Shown one piece after another: positions 24,801-35,359 of a DNA stretch of 64,000 nt. The position numbers were made by a program, and so were the translations under genes. This stretch comes from Amoebophrya sp. A120 (lineage: Eukaryota; Protista; Dinoflagellata). The DNA is taken from positions 1,864,281 through 1,928,280 of the forward strand of contig CAJINV010000013.1 in NCBI GenBank assembly GCA_905178155.1. Reading direction: 5' to 3'. The notes beneath the pieces were generated by a model that was not told the origin of the DNA, did no database searches, and was given only the letters and a program-made list of their open reading frames with translations. The stretch's first letter is position 1; each line of letters opens with the position of its first letter.

Positions 24801-26228
24801 AACTTTTTCGAGAACTTGCTTGATTTGGAAGCCAAATTAGGAACAACGACAGGTGATGGAACAAACAACCAAAAAAGTTCTAAATACAGCAAACCATCTA
24901 CTACTCCGAAGAACCTCTTTCTCCAACCGTTCGAATTCCTGCTCACTTTCCTGTCGATCCTCTTCGATCGCCGGGCGGGCTTTTCCGTTTTCGGAAAGCT
25001 GGCCGCGCTCTTCAGCTCCCCGCCGACGGCGGAGAAGCTGAAGGAGAAGAAGAAGTACAGTTTTCTGCAAGCGATCACCGAGTCCAAACGGCCGTCGAAC
25101 GTCTTCTTCGACAATCTTTTCGTGAAATCCATCATCCGCTTCAAATGGCACGCGTTCGCCATGGAGAGGTTCCACAAGGAATTCCGGTCGATTCTGCTGT
25201 GCCTCTTCCTGCACTTCCTGTTCGTCGTGTCGATGCACCGGGGCATCGCGGTCAACAAGGAGCGGGACCTGCTCCTCGCGCAGGGCTACACGTCGAAGAA
25301 CGCGGGGCCGACGGAGCCGAATTTAACCTCCGGCCTGGACTTGATCAGCATCGCGGAGCAAAATTCTTCGACGACGGACTGGATCTCCTCCGACTCCTCC
25401 GACTATTCCGTCCCGGTGGAACTGTTCTCCGGCTACGGCTTCGACTTGGGCAACCCGGCGTGGTACTTTCTGATACTACTTCTCATCACCCAGTTCTACT
25501 GCTTCGTCCAGCACCTCTGCTCCTTCGGCGACGTGCTGATCATCCACACGATCTTCCACCTCTTCGCGCTTTCCTACCAACACCCGGAGAAGCTGCTCGG
25601 AACGAATTTCTCGGACTCCACGACCAGTTACGATCTCCAGTCCTACTTGGTCCTGTTCGCCTCCCTCTACTCCCTGAAGCAGGTCATCACGGTGCTCTAC
25701 TACCTGCAAACCCACTCCTATTTCGGGAAGTGGGTGCGGATTCTGCTGGAAATGGGCAAGGAAGTGGTCCCGCTGATGTCGCTCGTGATCTTCATCGGCC
25801 TCGGGACGCTCTTTTCCATCTTCACGCTGGTCTTCGCCCCGTATTGGGACACGGACCGGTCGTTTTGGCAGTTCTTCATCGACTTTGCGGATCTGATCTA
25901 CTACGTGTTGCTTTCCATGTCGATGGGCGGGAAGCCCGTGGTCAGCTACCAGCCGGAGATGCAGAGCTTCCAGGACCTGTACCTGCCCTACATCCGGGTG
26001 ATCCCAGCCAAATTTCTGGCGCACACGCTGGGCGTGGTCAATTTTGTTTCCATGCTGATGATCGGCGCGCACATGACCGCGACCGTGAATAAGGTAAAGG
26101 CGGAGCAGGCGCATTTGTTCGACAAAATGCGGGCGGAGATCATTTTGATCTACGAAAACGACATAGAAGACATGAAGGACGAGAGGTTTTTTCCGAAGTA
26201 CCTACACGTGTTGAAGCCGAAAAAGTAG
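18846..26228 (+). CDS. WD40-repeat protein fused to a C-terminal TRP-like cation-channel domain (intronless, ~2460 aa)
   Basis: WD40-like segments (HLISADNGSHHHIRVWD, FFSAGKDKTVCAW, ILSAGTDGNVIVW). C-terminal region has VKSIIRFKW, about six hydrophobic helices, YFGKWVRILLEMGKE, MLMIGAHMTATVNKV...RAEII and FFPKYLHVLKP, as in TRP channels. First ATG at 18846. Confidence 0.75.
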   Translation: MSHADKAPHYSPWIGLDGEDGRDTSVLVFQPALQPGGANVLNRVAVGNGTVLSQYQLCVLESKKTDGNKAGNKQASYPELVNLVPHTVLQKPRTGGSKGKAAGYNSQVAPLSAEADNMSLGAGTSTTPTTTLLCTPAPSLPTQQQSQRVTHQQNMQNSKTLYIVNLPTDGDKNNQVKVRQKYEHQSPIEFVCCGGDRIFIASKFHPHLMLNNSSSSTSESNGRGSTSSTAAAADDAEDLDKKDPVAPPEVLMLNKDTESDEEDHLNPDEEHKHALFDALHAEEDHGITYIAVTVLKRKQLEGSLNAAHLVLKNLNKSLTSNFQQQDGEEEINGPNGRAVNLADSTTVVDGENYVGSTFYYEEEKDMKFWAKIEGQSLSCFSCDNTGEHLISADNGSHHHIRVWDLFSAGGTASAKRRKSRKSKGMSKNDLISNFTPFPNIKHVLGNQHHDLIQALQFCTTSKERFFSAGKDKTVCAWVGNRCVQKLENVGGNLENSLLLIDNQFLFLNASNGEEDEEENLNVSSFLKVWHSESLELLKELEPPLSEVENAVESGGTHYVKPTPLASVPNGFAVTKTHVVAAGAVVSGGSTASPLMSWQRGLHIENGANGGATDHTGVDSTFTTTSHGAAQLTPVRYLAKQNITIPASKQGPSSSGATTNAKNTGNLTLNRNNKLLIFNYGQDPKQKFLLSAGEQVAPDINPKDRNVFLWSYLEENHPRLEGTFRAGGLQQQLVNLALGGKDSNTSHSQHLHGAPRTVIFCDIVSGSFCREWKKQRGPHHVLTQNSTKNQTAAKMSKNAAEHQIQYGIRCVTNRGEISVFFGPDFLRKDQEHHAVDFDFAENASHCLVHSVSAVGAAGNNLAMLVSEDGSDFKMLIVDGFLGTVLATRDVESSCCLLTSAASELIVAPEQGSKAGASTSSSSSSLQVYGYSGTIANTSSSSSPSLSENGTIAIPDGAKQIQQIVKIDDKESKTFEFLEVEELPLGANPHDKNAEKLKVNSLESVYRLGYSGKRQPASTIVCAAEKKIFIYRKLPSLSGNKEKATALYSSGSMDNLEAPPPPPDFSSDTPLLKGPPAFPSVPKSPMSAATPDVNGGGPDAVKVNPNPYDLLATMSMSGVDETDSITAVAVGNLDSRGGVWNVFAGLSSGKIAIFELKSENDRRTGRTSLLYGDGGKQGIALTLTAKLQKIVPSAASANKTSGAGNGNEITTLEFDETTRLLCVSTKSFAGIRLLDTSAGVYVNSLDGFSNRTANVLKSKTSVRLFHAGRGGSEEEDENLIFVRNKQNGALMGKFDSSSGHEKSAKIYFLQAFYLERKVNGRTGQELQHPWFSENLVRNARDAFKKFNESAKDERPVEGEVSSGEEMDSTLETQELILSAGTDGNVIVWRGETGEILRKYSGHANVIGAVPIDFGTGKGFQSADAKSFWVLSLASEEFENKGNMMTGDVSGPEGTANAASTTSLPPSSKYLQIRDANYAKHPNLNAKVEASSIKDLLTSRSYPLGEKITRARTILVGGGGQPQHQQKYKLQLLFEDRNKLAFAADISQLLPSSMCLPLWYTEWQARRASLAGGSGGAAGAANASKSGQQQQLQHHQHAAGANYLSSPVVKFGPGAVAPSATANLSVAKLRKELIPHHIDFAKNLCGDFALLYSALDFDRLHAERFAIENFSGKTTNKKQSLSLSPLMPFEISIDREGDAGVYTTSQTGKTNYLAESDAYTTLLSLVLSQDKLHSRERAASNVLKHVVEAVKERGTAPAANSTNPKIYGTFQDDKFVHILSACVKKYPDAVSQFLKQIPMLETNQKIALQDCVSPYFPFRQPPMGKEDPIGAFEVAGSDSCFGFRVWQNFIDQKIRITNLMDSEKLIFGGTGGVLIGYLKWFFQGPREAAYGAVSDHGGSKVNRAGGRDSSAIKEQQQVVDGVVDKNNTGGGSLAMYQQLLEQSAQDSTVPKADREVGPLHPTGESEYYLAQAFVMPYPGFAQVFSNDENFFENLLDLEAKLGTTTGDGTNNQKSSKYSKPSTTPKNLFLQPFEFLLTFLSILFDRRAGFSVFGKLAALFSSPPTAEKLKEKKKYSFLQAITESKRPSNVFFDNLFVKSIIRFKWHAFAMERFHKEFRSILLCLFLHFLFVVSMHRGIAVNKERDLLLAQGYTSKNAGPTEPNLTSGLDLISIAEQNSSTTDWISSDSSDYSVPVELFSGYGFDLGNPAWYFLILLLITQFYCFVQHLCSFGDVLIIHTIFHLFALSYQHPEKLLGTNFSDSTTSYDLQSYLVLFASLYSLKQVITVLYYLQTHSYFGKWVRILLEMGKEVVPLMSLVIFIGLGTLFSIFTLVFAPYWDTDRSFWQFFIDFADLIYYVLLSMSMGGKPVVSYQPEMQSFQDLYLPYIRVIPAKFLAHTLGVVNFVSMLMIGAHMTATVNKVKAEQAHLFDKMRAEIILIYENDIEDMKDERFFPKYLHVLKPKK

Positions 26229-27148
26229 CCACTGTTTATTTCAAGGCGACATAGATACATGTGCTGGCATGTTAATAATTACACTACACATAGTCCTCCA
26301 TAGAGCATCAACTTTACGCACTCGCACGCATTGCAGTATCAGCTTTTTCTCTTTCTATGTATTACAATAGAAGCACGACTCGCACTCCACCGTGGCTGGA
26401 GGTGTCACTAAGTGAATTCAATACGTATTTCTTCAATGTGTCAATGGTGTCATAAGCAATAACTTTTGTTGTACAGTAAGTTTTCCACTACCTCTAGAAC
26501 GAGTATTTCGTGTCAGAAATATTAAAGTCACACTCCTGCTACAAACGAGAGGAGCTTCAACATGGTCTCCGAATTTCGAACAACGCGGCGAAAGGAATTT
26601 CCACGGATAGGAAGAACAGCACTCGTCGGTTCAGCTCGTACAAGCACCTGATGTTGACAGTAGTCAACTTGCTCCAACAGTCTCCCTTTCGGTCCAATCA
26701 TTCAGGAAGTCGTTTTTTCGTCCACATTCTGCTCTCAAACCCACAATTCGGATGAAAGAAATAGAAATACCCGTATCTTCGTATGACCTCGGTCGTTTTT
26801 CAATTTTTTCGTTCACAGACGAAGTTCACGACGTCGGTTGTTCCTGATAATTCGTACACTCCGAGCGTCCTCGTGCGCCGAACTTTACTGACGGCACAGC
26901 ATGTTGCAATTCCTTTACTTCCGAGTCCTCCATAAGAACTTCCCTTTTGCAAGCAGGGTGGCGGTCTCAGAGTGAGGTTTTAGAAGTTAGTTGAACTCTA
27001 GAACCCCGTAGAAGCAAGAAGACCCCTCGTACTGCCCGTACACAAACAGAGTAGAACTCTGTACGCCTAAACATCTCAGTAGTTGTTTAGGCTAGAAAAA
27101 ATCACTAGAAACAAAGTTTCGACAAGAACAAAGAGAACCCGGCGCATC

Positions 27149-30100
27149 ATGATGGCCACGCCAGTGGGGCGGTTTACTTTTTCCGCGGGGCGGCGGCTCG
27201 CGGGCCACGGGACCAAGTCTTCCTCCTCCAGCAGTTCGTCCGCCACTTCTACCCGGTTCACCGTTCAGTTCGGCTCGGCGTTCTCCACCGTGAACCTGAC
27301 TGGCGCGGCGAACCAGCGCCGGTTTTTCAGCAAGATGCAGGCGCCACCGATGGTTTACATCAGCGGCGAGGAGATGACGCACTACGCCTGCAACCTGATG
27401 ATGGACAAGTGGATCAAGCCCAACATCGACACCTCCAAGTGGGAGTACTACGATCTGTCCTGCAAAGCCCGCGACGACACGGAGGATAAAGTGCTCCACG
27501 ACGCCGTCGAGGCCGGCGCACGCATCGGGGCGATCTTCAAGGAGCCCACGATCACACCCACCGCCGACCAAGTGAAGGAACTCGGTACTCTACAGATTTT
27601 TGATGTAGGGTTGAAATAGGAAAGGAAAAAATTCAAATTGTGAAGAAGCTGCAAAAGTCTAAAGATCTTTCCGCTGTTTTGGATCTCGCCGACATGCGAC
27701 GGTTTCCTTGACAAAATGCTCCTCATTTTTGTTTTCGGGGGTGGTACAATGAAAAACCACGGACCACTATGAATGTACTTGCACGCATCTCATGCTCATC
27801 ACAGGTTTGAAAAAAGCCTGGGGTTCGCCGAATGGCGCCATGCGGCGCGGATGGAACGGCATCACGATTTCCCGCGACACCATCCACATCAAGGGAATGA
27901 AGCTCGGGTTCGAAAAACCCGTGCTCTTCGAACGCCACGCGGTCGGCGGCGAGTACGGAGCGGGCTGGGAAGCGGTCGGCAGTGGCAGCATCGAAACTCG
28001 GTATAGAGTTTTATTTTTGTGGTTGGTTCTTCTTCGTGTGCTTGTCATTGCGAAAGCGAATCGGTATCCACATGAATAATCGATCACTTTCCAGATGCAG
28101 GATAATTTTCAGGGAGAGCATCTCGCATCTGATGTTCTCTACTACTCAAGCTTATCTTTTCCACCTATGTCTTCACTTTCGTCTGCGTGTACGTTGCTTA
28201 CAAGTGCATGGTGAAATAAAATCGCAGGTACTACCCCTCCAACATGACCTCCCTCGCTGATGCCAAAATCGTGGACACCCGCAAGTTGACGGATGACGAC
28301 AACGTGGTGGTGACCTACCACAACCCCTTGGACAATGTGGAGGCGCTGGCCCACCACTTCTTCGGGCGCTGCCTGGAGGCCAAGGTCACCCCGTACGTGG
28401 TGACGAAGAAGACCGTATTCAAGTGGCAGGAGGGGTTCTGGCAGAAGATGAAGAAGGTGTTCGATGAACACTACCTGGAGAAGTACCAGCAGGCGGGGCT
28501 GCTGGACAAGTGCGGGAACCAGCTGCAGCACTTGATCTCCGATGCGGCGACCATGCAGATTATCCGCTGGACCGGCGGCGGCTTCGGGATGGCCGCGCAC
28601 AACTACGACGGAGACATGCTCACGGACGAAGTCGCCCAGGTGCACCGGTCCCCGGGCTTCATCACCTCCAACCTGATCGGCCAGAAGGCCGATGGCACCA
28701 TGATCAAAGAATATGAGGCCAGCCACGGCACGGTTGCGGACCTGTGGCACATGCACCTTCGGGGCGAAGAGACCAGCTTGAACCCGCTTGGGTTGGCGGA
28801 AGCCATGATCGGCGCAATCCAGCACGCGTCCAAGCTGGGCATGGTATTTTATTTACATTGAGACCAATTTTTTTGGGATTGGGGCGCGACACCTTTCGGT
28901 GTTGTATTATCCTTTTCGGGTTGGGTATATTCACATAATATATATAGACCCGGGAAAGGTAGAAATTGCCCGAAAGTACTGAAATCGTGAAGCACTTTAT
29001 CACTCCCCGCGTACCCTTACCCGAAACCACTCCAGCGATACCCTTACCCGAAACCACTCCAGGGTTTCCCGGTTTCCCGGTTTCCCGGCTTCCCGGCTTC
29101 CCGGTTCTTTTCGCTGTAGCTGACGCCGACACTGTAGCTGACGCCGGTCGTTTAGCTGAGCACGCCGGTTTCTTCTTTAGCGGAAGCCGGTTTTTTAGCT
29201 GAAGCCGATTTTTTAGCTGAAGCCGGCTTGTTAGCTAAACCCGGCTTGTTAGCTAGACCCGGCTTGTTAGCTCGAGCCGTTCCTTTAGCTAAAACCGGTT
29301 TTGTAGAGCTGCCGCAGTTGTTTCAGGCGCGCCAGCCAGTCTAGCTGCTGAAGCTGCAGCACGGGGGCCCCGCCGCGCCTCCTTTGGGCTCTGCGGCCGC
29401 TGGGCTTTTCCATGGAGCTGCTGGCCTCTCGGTTGCCCTAGCAGTTCTAGGACAGAAAAACAGCCGCCGCAATAAAGAGAAAGGCGGAACAGCTTCCCGA
29501 GTCTGTTCGCACATAGAGAAAGGCGGCGCGAACGCCCTCCCGCTCTAGGCACGCAAATTCTACGCCGAGGCCTCCCGGCAAGTCAGCGCCTTCGCTTCCA
29601 AGCTTGCTCGCTTCCCAGCCTGTCTGCCTCCTGGCTTTTTCGTTTTCGCTTCTCCGTTTTTAGCCTTTGGCCCTCCAAGCCCCCAAGCCCCCCACCTTCC
29701 CAGCAAGCCTGTCCACCTCCCAGCCTGTCGGCCTCCCAGCTTCGTTCCCGGCTCTTTTAGCTAAGACCGGTTTTCTAGCTAAAGCCCAAGCCGGCTTTGT
29801 AGCTGAAGCCGGTTTGTTAGCCGCGGCCGGTTTCTTTTTTAGCGGAAGCCGGTTTTTTAGCTGAAGCCGATTTTTTAGCTAAAGCCGGTTTTTTACCCAA
29901 AGCCGGCTTGTTAGCTAAACCCGGCTCGTTAGCTCCACCCGCCTTGTTAACTAAAGCCGGTCCTTTAACTACCTACAGCCGGTTTTGTAGCTACCCCGGG
30001 CTTTTCCTGCCTGCTCCGCTTACTTATCGAGCTGCCACAGCTGTTTCAGGCGCGCCAGCCAATCTGCCTGCTGAAGCTGCGAAGCTGCAGCAACGGGGCC

Positions 30101-32214
30101 CCGCCGCGCCTCCTTTGGGCTCTGCGGCCGCCGGACTTTTCCATGGAGCTGCTGGCCTCTCGGTTGCCTTAGCAGTTCTATGACAGAAAAACAGCCGCCG
30201 CAACAAAGAGAAACGCGGAACAGCTTCCGGAATCTGTTCGCACATAGAGAGGGAGGCGGCGCGAACGCCCTCCAGCTCTAGGCAAAAGCGACGCCGAGGC
30301 CTCTCAGCAAGTCAGCGCCTTCGCTTCCAGGCTTGCTCGCTTTCGTTTCCCCGCCTTCCCAGGTTTTCAGCCTTCCCGGCTTCTCCAGTTTGCTCAACCT
30401 TTCGAACCTCATTCGCCTTTTGAGCTTCTCAGCCCCCTCAGCCGCCCCAGTCTTTCTTACAGGCTTCCCTAGCCCTCCCAGTTCTCGCAGTCTGTTCAGT
30501 TTTTCCCGCCTTTTTCGTCTTTCCACTCTTTCCCGTCTCTATCTTCCTTGTCCCGAAGGTCTGGCCTCCCCGCCTCGTTGTGTTCCGCCGTTTGCCTCGT
30601 CGCTTCTGCGTGGTTTTCAAACTGTTCGCAGATAGAGAAACAGGCCCCGCAACAGACACAAGAAAACACGGGAGAAAATGGCCGCCGGAATCTGTTCGCA
30701 CATAGAGAAGGAGGCGGCGCGAACGCCCTCCCGATCTTTCTACGCAAAAGCTCCGGCCAAGCTTCCGAGAAAGTCCCGCCGCGGAAAATATGAGGCGCGC
30801 CATGATCTTCAAACGCGCATAGTTCTCAAAATAAACGCACAAGCAAAGATCCACAAAACGGCCCACGCCTGCGGAAAAATAAGATCGGCAGCCAGCGACT
30901 TGCCAAGTTAAATGCCGCTCCATAGCCAGAATTATCCGCAAGAGCTCCGCAAATATATAATTTGGCCAAGAGCAGAGCGGCCGCGTCTCGAATCTCATCG
31001 AAACAACCAGGACCCCAGTGGCTACCTGAAACTGACTAGCTGACACACCCGTACCCTTCCCCCCCGTCCTTTCCTTCTAGTTCTGCTTCCCCCCTCCCAG
31101 TGCTCTCGATTTCGCTTCGGGATAGAGATTCCTTCCCCCTGGCTAGTATTTTTAGGTTCAGAACATGCGTTTTGCGCGCTTTCTCTGATCAGGCCGTCCT
31201 ACGCCCCACCGCCACATCTTCTTCCCTACGATTCTACGTCCTGTTTCCGCCCCTGTCCGACACCAGCGTCGATAGGGTTTTGAGGGTCTTAGGGTTTAGG
31301 ATATTTGATTTACATTGCGGGCAGTTTTTTCTTTCATTTCGATGCAGTGCGACATTCTCACACACTCTCTGCAGCCTGGAACTGTAAGTGTACTCAAGAA
31401 AAATGTAGGAGTTATTTGTTTAAGCGGTTACGATTGCAGTGAGTTTCTCGCTGACCTTCTTGGCAACTCATCTAGTGCCGAAGAAGCTTGTGCCAAATTG
31501 TTCTTCCGAGCAGAAAAAGCTATCGATACAACCGAGTTGCTGCACGACCACAACGTGCGAAGTAGAAGTTCTAGAATTCATTTCCGACAAACTTTTTTTT
31601 CAGGACAAGGGCGACTGCCCGGACGCCCAAAAATTAATCGACTGGTCCAACGGCCTGCGTGACAGCATGCACGCCTGCATGGTTGCCGGCGCGGGAACCC
31701 GCGACCTGTGTGGCCCGAGCGGGCTCACAACGGAACAATTCATTGACGCAGTGGCGGAGCACATGAAGACCGGTGTGGTGCCGGGCGTCGCGGCCGCTGA
31801 GGCACCCGCAGCCGACCCGACCAGGGTGGAAGTGGTATCAATTTTATACAGAGCTTCTTTTTTTTTCTGAATTATTGTACATGTAGATGGATTGTAAAAA
31901 GAAGATGTGGGAGGTCCTCGTCGTGTACATGTACTTTTCGCTCGTTCGTGTGTTGCATTTTCGCGTGTGTCCATGTTTTTGATTCGGAATGAATTTGTGA
32001 TGCGAAATCGACAGTAAGAACAGCGTGTAAATGTAAATGTGTTAAAAACCTCCAAAAACTACAGCGCGACAGCAACGTGGATATGGACGTGGTAAAGAAG
32101 ATGTTCGACGAGTATGATGCCAATGCCGACGGAACCATCGACCTCGGCGAATTCGCCCGTATGCTGGTCAAACTCGGCGTCGCCCCCAAGAAAGCCGCAT
32201 CCAAGAGCATGTAA
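27149..32214 (+). CDS. IDH: Mitochondrial type II (homodimeric) isocitrate dehydrogenase, predicted NAD-preferring, with C-terminal EF-hand (542 aa)
   Basis: Exons 27149-27584, 27805-28000, 28228-28843, 31604-31834, 32065-32214 (GT-AG). Motifs GEEMT, KEPTITP, WGSPNGAMR, NYDGD, EASHGTV, SLNP, TRDL, TTEQFIDAV. R/S-rich transit-peptide-like N-terminus; last exon has DANADGTIDLGE. Confidence 0.92.
28861..31301. mobile_element. Repeat-rich 2.44-kb insertion in IDH intron 3 with ~16-bp target-site duplication
   Basis: Flanked by TATTTTATTTACATTG (28845-28860) and TATTTGATTTACATTG (31302-31317). Internal tandem duplication; telomere-like AGGGTCTTAGGGTTTAGG at the right end; no recognisable protein domain. 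Confidence 0.7.
29164..30342. repeat. Degenerate tandem duplication (period ~660-730 bp) partly built from ~18-19-bp TTAGCTRAAGCCGG units
   Basis: GCCGGTTTCTT(C/T)TTTAGCGGAAGCCGGTTTTTTAGCTGAAGCCG starts at 29164 and 29826. Both copies continue to AAGTCAGCGCCTTCGCTTCC; a partial third copy lies at ~30685-30731. Confidence 0.85.
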
Positions 32215-34326
32215 AGTGCGTCTTTTTGATGATGTTGAGATGTTACCCAAGAATGTGTGTTGAGAGGAGGCTGGCAGTGCTGCGAGACTGTGACGAGAGG
32301 AGAGACGCTGTAAAAAGTTTGAAAGTAGGCAGGAAAACTAGTAGTACCTTCGTACCTCATGATATCTTCTCACAACTAGCATACGCAACACGGCAGTTTC
32401 CACAGTAACTTTCCTTCTTTTTTTGTAATGTAAGACCATCTCCATATGACAATTTCTCTATAGCCCGTAAGAAGAGGGCTGCGCAAAAAGATATAACAAG
32501 AGACATACCAGCGGAGAAAATAAGCTTCCGGCAGATAAATGAGTCAGAGTCTGAGTCAATTGTTTACCACGTATCAATACCATCGGTACGTATAATGCTC
32601 GCATGAGAATTTCGCATAAAGACCAAGAGACGAGGAGGGATATAGTACCTCGCATAAAGGCTACTACGTGATGGAAAACATTTTTGAAATGCCCTTACGC
32701 AAAGTAGGCACGACCATATTCTAGAATACTAGTCGCACGCACATCCGTACTTCTAAAAGGACCTTACATTACACATCAACCTGCGACTTCAAACGAAACA
32801 CCCCCTGTGTCAATGGTGTCAACCTTCGGGCCTAGAGTGATGGAATAAAATACTCATTTCTCTTTTCTGACGGCAGGAAGCCGTGGCTGCTTGTGTCTGA
32901 GCGAAAGTGTTGCTCTTGTTCTTAACATCCCACCTGGAACTGAACGTTCTCCTCGGACATCTATCGTGTGTGACTCATGCAAACAAATTTTCAGGGACTA
33001 AGTGGCATGCGGTAACGTGACAGCCACTGGAGACAAGCGGAACCACGAGCGAGCGCGGGTCGGCGCGTCCAAATTGACAAAGCAGCTATATTTTCCTTCG
33101 TCGCATGGGCGCTTGCTTTTGTCGCCTCATCCTTGCTGCACCTACACGTTTCGTTCAATTTCTCGTCGATGCGACCTCGTCCTGTTTTGCCTAGAGTCAG
33201 ACGCATCTAGTACTGACTTTGCGTGCCCTCGTGTACTGGTCTCTATCCCGACGCACTTATTTTCCACCGCAAAAGCGAAAGCATTCATCGAAATACAAAT
33301 AAGGGAGTGCAGATGCTCAGTTAAGAGTGAAGACACAGCATTGATGGTTTCAATGTGCCATGAGAAGCAGCACTACGGGTCCGTGGAATGAACACAAACT
33401 GTATGATGAAGAACTAGAAGAAGAAGTGATTCTGAGGGACGGGAAAGAGCAAATAAACATAGGCTCCGTGAAAATTGAAAAAACCGTAACGCCACTTTGA
33501 ATGCATCGTACAAATGAAAGTTAAAAGTAAAGCAGACCGACGGCGCTGGCCTGGGCGAACTCTCATACTGCTCGTTTTGTTAGCATCAAGGTCAAGCGAA
33601 GGCGAACATAACAGCACGGCTCGATCAATTTCAATGTGATCTGCTCATACTCTACTAGTCCCGCTTGGAAGACGATCATAACTGCTATGTTAGTCCTTAC
33701 CTGCCTTTTTTTGTGCTTTTTATTTTGTGACTGAGATCTTGTTACGGTGATCTTGTTATGTTATCCTTTAACGACGGATGGGATGGCGTTGCTTCGCCTC
33801 CCGAACTAGGTCCTGTGTTATGCCTGTTCGTACCTCATGCTTGAGAGATTTTTTTGACTTTTCCGGGCAGCACAGGTTCAACTTGAAGCTTTGCTTTGCA
33901 CCTGGATTCGTGTGCTAATGTTTGCTGCAAATTGCGATTGCGAAAGAGAGTTTTTTTTGCATCATTGTAGGACTAACCACTTCCTTGATGAGCTGTGTTT
34001 ATTTGTAGTGTTTTTCTGGAAATTGGAAATCGAATCTAGATTTTGATTCTTGAAAGCTTTCGCGATGGACTAGCTCTCAGGATTCAAAAGCTGCATATGT
34101 CAGACAGTTACTCGCACACCATAAGATGCGAGCAAAGGGTTGATTTTGATTCTTGCCAAATGGAAAAAAAGTATGAATACCCCGCCACTGTAACCACAGT
34201 GAGGTTCTTCGCGAAGGCTAGGAGACGCGCTTCAGCTTTCGTCCGGCAAGCAGCTCAACTGAACATATCATGTAAAGCCACTGGCTCGTTTACTTTTCCC
34301 GTGCGGTCCCTTTTTCTTCTCCTCCA

Positions 34327-34819
34327 CATGAAAGCGGTCCTGCTGCTTTTGATTCGCGTTCTCACGGACGATAGTGACTGCATTGCCCTTGTACCCGAGC
34401 AGCTGCAGATTCACACGGACGAGGAGGTCCGGCGCACGACGACCAGTACAACTTTTTATGCCACTGCGATCCGGCTATCAAAAGCAAACCGCGCGTTCTA
34501 CGAGCCGGTTGCAAGCCAGTTTGGCGGGTCGAGCTCCAGTTCTCATTGGGAACACCGGCCTGGGGAAGGAGAAGACAAACCTCGCGTCACCCGGACGAGA
34601 GGAGATGCGGACGCTGCGGCTGGCGGTCTGAGGTTACCGTGTATAATTTTACCCTCTCCATCTTTGCAGGAGCGCGGTGGGCGGACGGCACCGACGACGA
34701 AGTCTTCCGTCTCTGTCCCGCCGCGATGCGAAGAGGCGGACGGAGCTAGTGCGGGAGCGTCAGTGCCTGTGCGTTCTAGAGCGTACAATTCAGACCCTTT
34801 TCCAGCGAGCCAGTTGTAG
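34327..34819 (+). CDS. Hypothetical protein or exon with a signal-peptide-like start
   Basis: GC-rich part of ORF 34043-34819 beginning MKAVLLLLIRV; no domain recognised. Confidence 0.3.
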
Positions 34820-35359
34820 CAAGGTCTTGTTACTGAGAAGTTTCAGTTTGCTACATGGCGTACATTCGACGGGAAGATGAGCAAAATTCAAATGCTACAC
34901 CTACCCTGCAGAAGCCGAACGCAGCAGGCATGGTAGGAGACTGCCACTGCTTATCTAACATTCATGGCGTCATCCATACCGTGATTAATGTTAAAGTTAA
35001 TCTGTGCACATGACTGTAGAAATCCGTGCGAGACCGCTCATTCAGAGCAAATAAAAAAGCCCGCTGCCCAATGAGTGAGTGAGGTGTGGGTGAGTGAATA
35101 AGTGAGCCGCGGCGTGCTCCGCAAAGCTGTGCGCGCGTTGTTTCCCTAGCGTGAAAAGGTGGGCCCGCGCAGTGGTCTCGCTTACTTACCACTTGTGCAC
35201 TGCGCTTAAGACTGGTGTACAACTTTGGAGCGAGTGAGTGAGCTTGTTCAGTTTTGCTTCTCTCTTTTCCCTTCTACGAGGAGGAATTACACAAAGGTCT
35301 CTGGTGCGTGTTCAGGCATGATTGCAGACATTGGATTCAGTCAGCAAGCATCTACGAAA

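Noticed and set aside
29130-30000. CRISPR-like array
   Set aside because: Units are degenerate and contiguous with no unique spacers; no cas genes; eukaryotic intron context.
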